A stretch of DNA of 64,000 bases, taken from an uncultured Acidobacteriota bacterium. GTDB lineage: Bacteria > Acidobacteriota > Vicinamibacteria > Vicinamibacterales > 2-12-FULL-66-21. The stretch is taken from NCBI GenBank assembly GCA_963839705.1, contig CAWIWL010000021.1:221072-285071 (forward strand). The letters run 5' to 3'. Shown piece by piece: positions 9,217 to 17,558 of this stretch. A program made the translations under genes and the position numbers. Each line of letters starts with the position of its first letter. Position 1 is the first letter of the stretch. The notes beneath the pieces are model-generated. The model was not told the origin of the DNA and searched no databases. It saw only the letters and a list, made by a program, of their open reading frames with translations.

Positions 9217-10095
9217 ATGCCGAACCGTCGACGGTTTCTGGGAGTCATTACCGCCGCGAGCGGTGTCGTCTTTGTCCCCACCGGTCTGACCCAGGCGCCT
9301 CCCTTCACCGGCTTCACGCCAGGCGAGGAACGCGAAGTCGACGGCGTCCGGCTCTGTTGGTGTCCGCCAGGGCAGTTCGTCATGGGCAGCCCGGCAGAAG
9401 AGAAGGACCATCGGCCCGACGAGGCGCAGGTTACCGTGAGGCTGACCAGAGGCTTCTGGACGGCGAAGTTCGAGGCCACGCAGGGTCAATGGAAGCGGAT
9501 TGTCGGGGAGTTCCCTGGGAAACCGCAAACTGCCGAATTTGGCGAGGGCGACGACGTTCCGGTCTACTGGGTCAACTTCAACGACGCCGAGACGTTTTGC
9601 AGGAAGTTGACAGAACGCGCGTCAGGGTCTGGCGCCCTGCCGAAGGGCTGGGAATTCCGCCTTCCGACCGAAGCGCAGTGGGAGTACGCCTGCCGCGCCG
9701 GGACCGTCACCGCTACGTCGTTTGGCGACCAGCTGGGCCGCCATCAGGCGAACTTCAAAGGCGCGCCCGTGAACGGCGGCCGCGACGGACCCGTGGTCGG
9801 CCGATCCGCGAGAGTCGGCAGCTATCCGGCGAATCCCTGGGGCATCTGCGACATGCACGGCAACCTCTTCGAGTGGTGCCGCGACTGGTATCACCCGCGC
9901 CTGCCAGGCGGAACGGATCCCGACTTGTACGGCGTCAAGGGCACGCCCAATCGTGACGGGACCTATTCGCGCGTCCGCCGCGGCGGCGCCTGGATCGAGG
10001 AAGGCTGGGCGTGCCGCTCCGCATTCCGGCTGCGCTACGAACCAGAACGCAGCTCCGATCACATCGGCTTCCGCGTCGTCGCGGTTCAGGTGTAG
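9217..10095 (+). CDS. formylglycine-generating-enzyme (SUMF1/FGE) family protein with Tat-like signal
   Basis: MPNRRRFLGVITAASGVVFV signal. FGE-sulfatase motifs: WEYACRAG, NPWGICDMHGNLFEWCRDWY, RVRRGGAW. Confidence 0.8.
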   Translation: MPNRRRFLGVITAASGVVFVPTGLTQAPPFTGFTPGEEREVDGVRLCWCPPGQFVMGSPAEEKDHRPDEAQVTVRLTRGFWTAKFEATQGQWKRIVGEFPGKPQTAEFGEGDDVPVYWVNFNDAETFCRKLTERASGSGALPKGWEFRLPTEAQWEYACRAGTVTATSFGDQLGRHQANFKGAPVNGGRDGPVVGRSARVGSYPANPWGICDMHGNLFEWCRDWYHPRLPGGTDPDLYGVKGTPNRDGTYSRVRRGGAWIEEGWACRSAFRLRYEPERSSDHIGFRVVAVQV

Positions 10096-10155
10096 CGGCT
10101 TCCAGCCTGTTCGATCTGTTGATCTTGTGACAGCCCTTAGGTGGGGCAGTCAGCG

Positions 10156-11568
10156 TCAGGGCACGAGCAGGCGGATAACGCCGTCGCGCTTGTTGAGCAC
10201 GAAGATCTGTCCCTGCGGGCCCTCGCCGAAGCGCAGGTCCGCGCGCGCGGCCGGCTCCTTTTTCTGCTGGACGTTCTTCTCGGCGATGAGCTGGAGCAGC
10301 GTCTTCCGCGTGCCCTTGTCGTTGAAGAGGATCTGGCGGACGGCCGCCTGTCCGCCGTTCGGCAGGTTGTCGGCGTCGACGTAGAAGATCTGGCCGCTCG
10401 GGTTGTCGCCGAAGATCATCAGGTGCTGCAGCTCCTTGATCGCGGTCTGCCGATAGACGATGAGGCCGGTGATCGCGGCGCGCTGGAAGAGCAGATCGCG
10501 ATGATCGTATTCGACGACGGGCCAGGTCAGGCCGGGCTCATCACGCTGATGCGAGGTGTCCACCTGGCCCTTCACGTAGGGGAAGCTTGCCTCCCACTTG
10601 TTCCAGCCGAGATTGGCGCCTGCCGTGACCGGGCTGATCTCCTCGACGGCGTTCTGTCCGATGTCGGCCACGAACATGCGGCCGGTCTTCGCATCCCAGG
10701 TAAACCGCTGCGGGTTGCGCACGCCGGACGCATAAATCTCCTTGAGCGTGTCGGGCTTGCCGTCCTTGACGAACGGGTTGGTCGCCGGGATGCCATAGCG
10801 TCCGTTGGCGCTGTTCTTTCCGAGTGGATCGATGCGCAGAATCTTGCCGAAGGCAATGCTCAGGTTCTGTGAGACGTTCAGCGGGTCGCCGCCGTTTCCG
10901 CCGTCGCCGAGGCCGATGTAGAGAAGCCCGAACTCGGGGCTGCCCGGCGCAGCCAGGCGGTTGAAGCCAATCTGGCCGCCGTTGTGATTGGCGAAGGGCT
11001 GCGCGGCGCGAAAGAGCTCGCGCGGCGCGTCGCCGTCATACGTCGCGGCCGCCGGATTCTTCGCCGTCCACTCGAGCAGTACCGTGTCCTGTGTCCGATT
11101 GGGCCCGGGCGTGACGAAGTCGGGCTTCGGCGTCACGTTGGAGGTGTCGGTGTAGGTGTAGAACTTCCCGTAGCCCGGCGTGCCGCGCTGATTGAACTGG
11201 GGATGGAACGCAAAACTCTGGACGCCGCGTTCGAACCCGTTTGACTGCACGCTGACGTTCCACGCCGGCGCATTGGTGTCGACGTATTGCGTGACGACCT
11301 TGCCGTCGTAACTGATGGTGTAGAGCGCGCCGGTCATCAGGCTGACGACGACGCGCCGCGTGCCCGGCTCGTCGACGAAGTGCATCATCCGCGGCGCTTC
11401 GCCGTTGACGTCGGGAATGCTCGCGAACTCGACGAAGTTGACGGCGATCACACCCTGAGTCGTCTCGATTGGCGTTGGAAACGGATCGAGCGTGACTTGC
11501 TGCGCCGCGGCGAAGGCCGCGATCGACGTCGCTCCGACGAACCCGAGGATGGCGCGGTAACGTGACAT
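10156..11568 (-). CDS. PQQ-dependent sugar (glucose/sorbosone) dehydrogenase-like beta-propeller, exported
   Basis: Signal MSRYRAILGFVGATSIAAFAAAQ. Motifs: FANHNGGQIGFN, LYIGLGDGGNGGDP, YASGVRNPQRFTWD. The start is set at ATG 11568. Confidence 0.7.
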   Translation of the reverse strand: MSRYRAILGFVGATSIAAFAAAQQVTLDPFPTPIETTQGVIAVNFVEFASIPDVNGEAPRMMHFVDEPGTRRVVVSLMTGALYTISYDGKVVTQYVDTNAPAWNVSVQSNGFERGVQSFAFHPQFNQRGTPGYGKFYTYTDTSNVTPKPDFVTPGPNRTQDTVLLEWTAKNPAAATYDGDAPRELFRAAQPFANHNGGQIGFNRLAAPGSPEFGLLYIGLGDGGNGGDPLNVSQNLSIAFGKILRIDPLGKNSANGRYGIPATNPFVKDGKPDTLKEIYASGVRNPQRFTWDAKTGRMFVADIGQNAVEEISPVTAGANLGWNKWEASFPYVKGQVDTSHQRDEPGLTWPVVEYDHRDLLFQRAAITGLIVYRQTAIKELQHLMIFGDNPSGQIFYVDADNLPNGGQAAVRQILFNDKGTRKTLLQLIAEKNVQQKKEPAARADLRFGEGPQGQIFVLNKRDGVIRLLVP

Positions 11569-11585
11569 GGATCTGATTCTACAAC

Positions 11586-11923
11586 CTATCTCATAAACCA
11601 AGAGCAAACTGAACGCGCCGACGGCCATGGCTCACGATGAGCACGATGACCCGATGAACACGATGAGAACTCCACGGATCCATCGTGAACGTGTCATCGT
11701 GGCCATCGTGCTTGGACCGTAGAAGCCATCTTATAAACCTGACGTCGTTCCAAGGAGCGAGCGAGCCGTGCGAGCGAGCCACGCGACCGGCCCGCCTTCG
11801 CGCCGTAGGCGCTTCGGCGAGGTCTCGCCGTAGCTTCAGCGGAGGCGGAAGCGCGCCGACGAAGCGGCGCGTGAGGGCGCGTGTAGGGGAGTCCGAGGGG
11901 CGAAGCCCCTCGGGTAAGACTAG
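11586..11923. repeat. dispersed intergenic repeat, copy A (composite)
   Basis: TCATAAAC boxes at 11591 and 11732. Inverted CACGATG/CATCGTG array at 11633-11710. The conserved core 11720-11923 ends in hairpin CCGAGGGGC-GAA-GCCCCTCGG (11893-11913). It carries a 63-nt insertion (11787-11849) relative to copies B and C. Confidence 0.85.
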
Positions 11924-12333
11924 CCCTTTGCGGGGGTGGTGAGCGGCTTGCCTTTTTCAGCCAGCAGCACCGCGAGGAGCCTGGCCGGCTTCGTGTCGCT
12001 GGCGTTTCCTGACACCGCGTGGAGCTCTCCGGGATTCTCGAAGAACATCTGGCCGACGGAATAGGTGCGTTCCGGGTCGTTGCCGACCTTGGACCGGATC
12101 TCTCCCTCGAGAACATACGCGATGGTGATGCCCGGATGACTGTGGGCGGCCGAGCGCTCGCCAGGACCGTAGGTGACCTCCACTGCCGTAACCGCCCAGT
12201 TGTCGAGGTTCACGGAGGGGAGGTCGTGTTTGAAGATCGGCTGGCTGCGCGAGGCGCTCGTCTGGGCCGCCGCGTGTCGGGCGAGGAGCAGGAATCCGCC
12301 GGCGCTTTCGATCAGCGTTCTTCGAGTCATCAT
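11920..12333 (-). CDS. cupin-domain protein with Tat-like signal
   Basis: MMTRRTLIESAGGFLLLARHAAAQ, then cupin motifs AHSHPGITIAYVLEGEI and FENPGELHAV. The start is set at ATG 12333. Confidence 0.7.
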   Translation of the reverse strand: MMTRRTLIESAGGFLLLARHAAAQTSASRSQPIFKHDLPSVNLDNWAVTAVEVTYGPGERSAAHSHPGITIAYVLEGEIRSKVGNDPERTYSVGQMFFENPGELHAVSGNASDTKPARLLAVLLAEKGKPLTTPAKG

Positions 12334-12451
12334 GCCTTCACTAGTAAGGCAGATTCCTCTCGAGATCAAGTCAATGCTAGTGGTCGTCGTCCGAGGTTGC
12401 CTGGGCGTGTCATGCGGCAAGGCGCACGTCATTGCGGCAGAGGTAGAGGCG

Positions 12452-12503
12452 GGCGGACGGCTTGACACGACTGCCCAAGGCGAATATATTCGCTCAAGGC
12501 GAA
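12452..12503 (+). promoter_or_regulatory. sigma70-like promoter with two BlaI-type operator palindromes
   Basis: TTGACA (12452-12457), a 17-nt spacer, then TATATT (12475-12480). There is a perfect palindrome GCGAATATATTCGC (12470-12483) and a near-palindrome GGCGAAAATATTCGCC (12488-12503) just upstream of the BlaI-family gene. Confidence 0.6.
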
Positions 12504-12554
12504 AATATTCGCCCTTCCATAATCACGTCGTTCATCGGACAAGACTTCCCGCAC

Positions 12555-12950
12555 ATGGCCAGACCGACGCACCTCGCACTCACACGCCGTGAAAGTCAGA
12601 TCATGGAAATCCTCCATCGCCGCCGCCGTGCGACTGTCGAGGAGATCCGGGCCGAGCTGCCGGACGCACCCAGTCCTTCCAGCGTGCGAAAGCTGCTGGA
12701 GATCATGATCGACCGCGCGCTGCTCGCCCGCGAGCACGACGGGCCGCGCTATGTCTACTTTCCGGCGGCAAAGCCTGAAGACGCGAGCCGGTCGGCGCTC
12801 AAGCAGCTGGTGCGCACCTTTTTCGACAACTCGACGGGCTCGGCGATGGCGGCGCTGCTCGACATGACGGCGACGCCGCTCTCGGCCGACGAGTACAAGC
12901 GTTTGAACAATCTGCTGAAACGGACGCGGCAACAGGGAGACGAGCGATGA
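12555..12950 (+). CDS. BlaI/MecI/CopY-family transcriptional repressor
   Basis: LTRRESQIMEILHRRRRATVEEIRAELPD.PS.SSVRKLLEIM..R.LL.RE.DG.RYVY is a winged-helix pattern of this family. The stop overlaps the BlaR1-like start (ATGA). Confidence 0.85.
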   Translation: MARPTHLALTRRESQIMEILHRRRRATVEEIRAELPDAPSPSSVRKLLEIMIDRALLAREHDGPRYVYFPAAKPEDASRSALKQLVRTFFDNSTGSAMAALLDMTATPLSADEYKRLNNLLKRTRQQGDER

Positions 12951-15265
12951 ATGCGTTCTTTGTCGATTCCGCCGTATCCACCGGTCTCTGGATCGTTCTC
13001 AAGGCATCAGCCCTTCTTGGCGTTGCCGCCATCGTCCAGGCGGCACTCTACCGACGGGCGTCAGCCGCGACACGCCATCACATCTGGACGCTCGCCGTGT
13101 TGGGCGTCCTTCTGCTTCCGGTGATGTCTTTCGTCCTGCCCCGCTGGGCGGTGGTGATACCGGCCGCGCCGGCAGCCGACGTGACGCCGGTCGACGTTCG
13201 AACCAGTAGCCTCGTGGCCGTGACGAGCTCGCCCGTTCCCATGACGGCCGGTGTGGAGTCACCGTCCGCCGCGGCTGATTCGGCCGCGTTTCCGTGGTCT
13301 CTCATTTTTGTCGCCATCTACGCCGCCGGCGCGTTCGGCATGCTGCTGCACCTGATGGTTCAGCAATGGAGGGTGCGGCAGTTCGCCCGAAGTGCGATGG
13401 TCGTGCGGGACGCGGCCTGGACGGACCTGCTCGTCGAGTGCGCCGCCACTATGGGCGTGGGTCGAGCGATTCGCCTGCTGCGCAGCCGCGGCCAGACCGT
13501 TCCGGTGTCGTTCGGCACACGCCGGCCGTCGATTGTGGTTCCCGCTCTCGCTGATGAATGGGCGGACGACCGGCGACGAGCCGTGATCCTCCACGAAGTG
13601 GCCCACGTCGCCCGATACGATTGCCTGACGCAGCTGCTGGCGTCGGTCGCATGCGCGATGTACTGGTTTCATCCGGCGGCGTGGTGGGTCGCGCGTCGGT
13701 TGCGCGTCGAGCGCGAGCTCGCTTGCGACGATCGAGTGATTGCGGCCGGCACCCAGGCGCGCGACTATGCCGGTCATCTGCTCGAGATTGCGTACTCGCT
13801 CGGCCATCGCGGCGCGCCGGCTCTGGCCGTCAGCATGGCCGGACCGCGTCAGCTCGAAGGGCGGATGCTCGCCGCGCTCGACGAGCAGCGCGACCGGCGC
13901 GTGCCGGCGTTCGGCTTCCGTTGTGCCAGCGCTGTGGTCGCGGCCATCGTGCTGTTACCCCTGACCGTGGCGACGCCGACGCATGCCACGTCGGCCGCGG
14001 CGGCCCTGGAGCGCGTCCCGCCGCCCGCGATTGCGTCGCCGGCGCAAGACCGTACGGGGCCCCATCTGAAAGTCATGGAATGGCCGTCCAGCGAAACCGT
14101 GAAAGAGGTCATTCGCGCCGCAGCCGAGGTGATTGGGCGGGTGCAGGACGATCTGCCAGGGACGTGGGAAATCCGTCCAACGGGCTCGGAAGGTACGGTC
14201 CGCCTGCGACTCGTGGAAGTCAACTCGTCCTCCGACTCGACCGTCGCGCTCGCGCAATTGGAGGGACTGACGGCCGCGAAGCTTTCCGGCGACGGGCCGA
14301 TCCAGTTTCGCTTGCGGCGCGACGCAGGCACGTTCACGTTCGACGGCGTTCTCCGCCGCGGTGTCGGAGCGGGCACGTTTTCATTCGCCGCCGATCCGAA
14401 CTTCCCCGCGGAGCTCGCCAAGCGAGGCTTCGCGCGGCCCACGGCGCGCGAGCAATACCAGCTGGCGCGGCACGACATCGGCTACGCCTTCGTGGACGAA
14501 CTGAACACCCAGCGCTATGAGAAGCCGCAGACCTCCGACCTCGTTCGCGCCGGTCAGCACGGTGTGCAGCTCACCTACCTCCGCGAGATGGGTGCGCTCG
14601 GGTATCGTCTTGGCACGCTCCAGCCGTTGATCGAGCTCAGAGATCACGGGGTGACCCCGGCCTATGTTCGCGAGCTGGCGGAGCTCGGCTACAAGGGGCT
14701 TCCCGCCGACGAGCTGCGCCGCGCGCGCGATCACGGCGTCACGCCCGAGTACGTGAAAAGCATGCGCGACGGAGGCTACGGGTCGCTACCGATGACCGCG
14801 TTGATCAACGCGAGGGATCACGGTGTGACGCCGGAGTTCGTGCGCGGGCTCGCGGACGCCGGCCACTCCAAGGTGCCGCTCGAGCAGTTGATTCGTGTCC
14901 GGGATCACGGCGTGACGCCGGAGTACGTGCGCGAGATGCGTCAGCTCGGGCAGGCCCTGCCGCTGGAGGAGCTCGTGCAGGCGCGCGACCACGGCGTGAC
15001 CACCGAGTTCGTCCGAGAGATGGCGACGCTCGGTTACGCCAAGCTGTCGATGGCGTCGCTGATGCGACTCCGCGATCACGGCGTCACGCCGGAGTACGCG
15101 CGAGAACTGAAGGCACTCGGATACGACAACGTCGCACTCGACGATCTCGTCACGCTGCGCGACCACGGGCTGACCGCCGACCGTATCCGCGCCGCCAATG
15201 CGCGCGCCGGCTCGCGCCTGCCGGTCGACCTGCTGAAGTCGTTCGCAGCGGGAGGCGGGCGCTAG
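12947..15265 (+). CDS. BlaR1/M56-family membrane peptidase-sensor with a C-terminal 29-aa repeat array
   Basis: N-terminal TM helices, HEVAHVARYD zinc motif, and about 8 tandem HGVTPEYVREM..LGY..L....L...RD units (14558-15262). Confidence 0.85.
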   Translation: MNAFFVDSAVSTGLWIVLKASALLGVAAIVQAALYRRASAATRHHIWTLAVLGVLLLPVMSFVLPRWAVVIPAAPAADVTPVDVRTSSLVAVTSSPVPMTAGVESPSAAADSAAFPWSLIFVAIYAAGAFGMLLHLMVQQWRVRQFARSAMVVRDAAWTDLLVECAATMGVGRAIRLLRSRGQTVPVSFGTRRPSIVVPALADEWADDRRRAVILHEVAHVARYDCLTQLLASVACAMYWFHPAAWWVARRLRVERELACDDRVIAAGTQARDYAGHLLEIAYSLGHRGAPALAVSMAGPRQLEGRMLAALDEQRDRRVPAFGFRCASAVVAAIVLLPLTVATPTHATSAAAALERVPPPAIASPAQDRTGPHLKVMEWPSSETVKEVIRAAAEVIGRVQDDLPGTWEIRPTGSEGTVRLRLVEVNSSSDSTVALAQLEGLTAAKLSGDGPIQFRLRRDAGTFTFDGVLRRGVGAGTFSFAADPNFPAELAKRGFARPTAREQYQLARHDIGYAFVDELNTQRYEKPQTSDLVRAGQHGVQLTYLREMGALGYRLGTLQPLIELRDHGVTPAYVRELAELGYKGLPADELRRARDHGVTPEYVKSMRDGGYGSLPMTALINARDHGVTPEFVRGLADAGHSKVPLEQLIRVRDHGVTPEYVREMRQLGQALPLEELVQARDHGVTTEFVREMATLGYAKLSMASLMRLRDHGVTPEYARELKALGYDNVALDDLVTLRDHGLTADRIRAANARAGSRLPVDLLKSFAAGGGR

Positions 15266-15310
15266 CCCTTCTGCTCATCGCGATCGCTCGCGCCCAGAGC
15301 ACTTCAACGC

Positions 15311-15476
15311 TCAGGGATCAGGGATCAGGAATCAGCAAACCCTCCACCTCTCACTCGAAGCTCTTGCCTGAGCCCCGATCCTGTTCCTGATCCCCATCCC
15401 TGGAACCCTGATCCCTGATCCCTGGATCCCGATCCCCGGAACCTGATCCCTGATCCCTGGATCCTGAGCCCTGAGC
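15311..15476. repeat. GGGATCA-type heptamer array arranged as an inverted repeat
   Basis: The left arm TCAGGGATCAGGGATCAGG (15311-15329) is perfectly complementary to 15407-15425 and also to 15442-15460. A related CCTGAGCC motif run lies at 17471-17505. Confidence 0.8.
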
Positions 15477-15530
15477 ACGGCAGGTGGCGGTTCAGGTACA
15501 CTGCCATGTTCGTGACTGACAGGAGTCGAC

Positions 15531-16262
15531 GTGCAGGATCTGCCGGAACTCTTCGAGAACAACCGCCGTTGGGCGGCCCGGTGCGTGGCGGCGCGGCCGG
15601 ATTTCTTCGACAAGCTGAAGGCCCAGCAGGCGCCCGAGTACTTGTGGATCGGGTGCTCGGACAGCCGGGTTCCCGCCAACGAGATCGTCGGCCTCATGCC
15701 GGGCGAGCTGTTCGTGCATCGCAACGTCGCCAACGTCGTCGTCCCCAGCGATCTCAACTGTCTGTCGGTGCTTCAGTACGCCGTTGATGTGCTGCGCGTC
15801 CGGCACGTCATCGTGTGCGGCCACTACGGCTGCAGCGGCGTGCGCGCGGCCATCGAAGGCGCGAAGCTCGGCCTCATCGACAACTGGCTGCGCCACGTGC
15901 AGGACGTGTACGCGAAGTACCGGATGCAGGTGGACAACGCCGCGCCTTCGACAGGCTCTGGAGAGGCCCTTTCGACAGGCTCAGGGCAGCCCCCATCGAC
16001 AGGCTCGGAGCAGGCGGCTCTCGAAGTGCGGGTGAACAAGCTGTGCGAGCTGAACGCCATCGAACAGGCCGTCCACGTCTGCAAGTCAACGGTCGTGCAG
16101 GACGCGTGGGCCCGCGGGCAATCGCTGGCGGTTCACGCCCTCGTCTACGGCCTCGATGACGGACGATTGCGCGACATTGGGTTCAGCGTGACGAGCGCGC
16201 GGGACCTGCGATCGGGCGTCGTCACCGCCCTGAACACGCGGCCGCAACTGAGACCTGCATAG
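15531..16262 (+). CDS. can: beta-class carbonic anhydrase
   Basis: CSDSRVPANEIVGLMPGELFVHRNVANVV and VIVCGHYGCSGV zinc-ligand motifs. GTG start preceded by AGGAG. It contains an in-frame 3 x 24-nt tandem repeat (15945-16016). Confidence 0.9.
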   Translation: MQDLPELFENNRRWAARCVAARPDFFDKLKAQQAPEYLWIGCSDSRVPANEIVGLMPGELFVHRNVANVVVPSDLNCLSVLQYAVDVLRVRHVIVCGHYGCSGVRAAIEGAKLGLIDNWLRHVQDVYAKYRMQVDNAAPSTGSGEALSTGSGQPPSTGSEQAALEVRVNKLCELNAIEQAVHVCKSTVVQDAWARGQSLAVHALVYGLDDGRLRDIGFSVTSARDLRSGVVTALNTRPQLRPA

Positions 16263-16346
16263 GGAGCGACGACCATGTGTACGACCAGACGACCATACCT
16301 CGCGCTCGACGCCTACGTGCAGGCGCAACGAGCAAAGTAATCTGCT

Positions 16347-17133
16347 TTACGCCGGCTGCTCGAGCCGCAGCACTTCGACGATGGCCTGATTGGCGTCGAA
16401 GTACACCTGCCAGTAGTGATCGTGGTGGCAGAACGGCCGGACGCTGAGAACGACGCCCGTCTGGTTGAGCGTCAGGACCTGGACGAGCGGTTCCGGATTC
16501 TGGACCACGTGCGGAACCGCGCGCAGCCGGGCGCGCAGCCTGGCGACGGTCATCTCCACGTCGGCGGCTGATGGCACGTAGGCCGTCAGATCGACCCGCC
16601 GGAACGGGTTCGCGCTGAAGTTCTGGAGATTGTCCGAGAACAGTTTGTTGTTGCCGACGAAGGTCAGGACGTTGTCCTGAGTGTCGATCATCGTCACGAA
16701 CAGACCGATCTCGCGAACGGTTCCAGACACGCCAGCTGCGGCAATCGAGTCGCCGACCTTGAAGGGGCGAAACGTCAGGAGGAAGAGTCCCGCGGCGAAG
16801 TTCGAGAGCAGTCCCGACCATGCCGCGCCGATCGCGATGCCGGCCGCCGCCAGCAGGGCGGCGAACGACGTCGTCTCCACGCCGAGCACGCCGAGTACCG
16901 GCAATCAGCACCAGGAGCTGCAGCACGACGCTCGCCCCGGTGTCCATGTAGATGGCGAGGGTCGTGTCGAGCCTCCGGATGCGCATGAAGCGGCGCAGGG
17001 CCGCGCGCAACACCTTGATCGCCCAGCTGCCGGCCAGCCAGATGAGCAGCGCGCCGACGATCTTCCAGAGCATCGGAATGAGATAGACCTTAGCGATCGA
17101 ATCAAGCTGAGCGGTTAATCCCTGATCGAGCAT
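16347..17133 (-). pseudogene. MscS-family mechanosensitive channel gene interrupted by a single-base frame change
   Basis: The N-terminal TM part (MLDQGLTAQLDSIAKVYLIPMLWKIVGALLIW...VVLQLLVLIA) is in one frame. The rest (VLGVLGVETTSFAALLAAAGIAIGAAWSG...FRPFKVGDSI...GTVREIGLFVT) is in the next frame. The junction is at about 16897-16903. The total span is 787 nt, which is 3n+1. Confidence 0.7.
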
Positions 17134-17387
17134 TCCAAGGACGTTCGCACGGTTGATGCCAGTGGCGCGTGCGGTTCAATCGGAAGGAATCGTCAACGGG
17201 GGAGCCGGGAGTCACTCCATCATGGGATGTGCAACTCGGGGCCGCCTGTCTAGAATCTTTGCAGGTACGAGGCCGGCCAAGAAGAAACGCCATGCCTGGC
17301 CATCAACGGATGAGATTCAAACGATGCGCCGTCGATTGTCGTGCGCGCGTCGTGCACCGCCCACGACGAATCACGGAGACAGTTCAC

Positions 17388-17429
17388 ATGCCTACATTCA
17401 CCACTAAAGACGGCACGCAGATTTACTGA
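17388..17429 (+). pseudogene. 13-codon stump of an alpha/beta-hydrolase (chloroperoxidase/arylesterase-type) gene
   Basis: ACGGAGA, then ATG: MPTFTTKDGTQIY followed by TGA. In my recollection this string is the characteristic N-terminus of that hydrolase family. Nothing homologous follows. Confidence 0.4.
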
Positions 17430-17558
17430 TGCTCTTTCTCGCATCGAACGACTATCGATGCATCGCCCACTCAGCCTGAGCCTGAGCCTTGGCCTTGAGC
17501 CCTGCCCGCGTACGCTAGGATCGCGCACACGCGTGCTGGTCCAGGCCGGATCGCGGCG

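Noticed and set aside
15311-15476. The heptamer repeat block as a possible CRISPR array
   Set aside because: The units are 7 nt, contiguous and partly inverted. There are no 25-40-nt repeats separated by unique spacers, and no cas genes are nearby.
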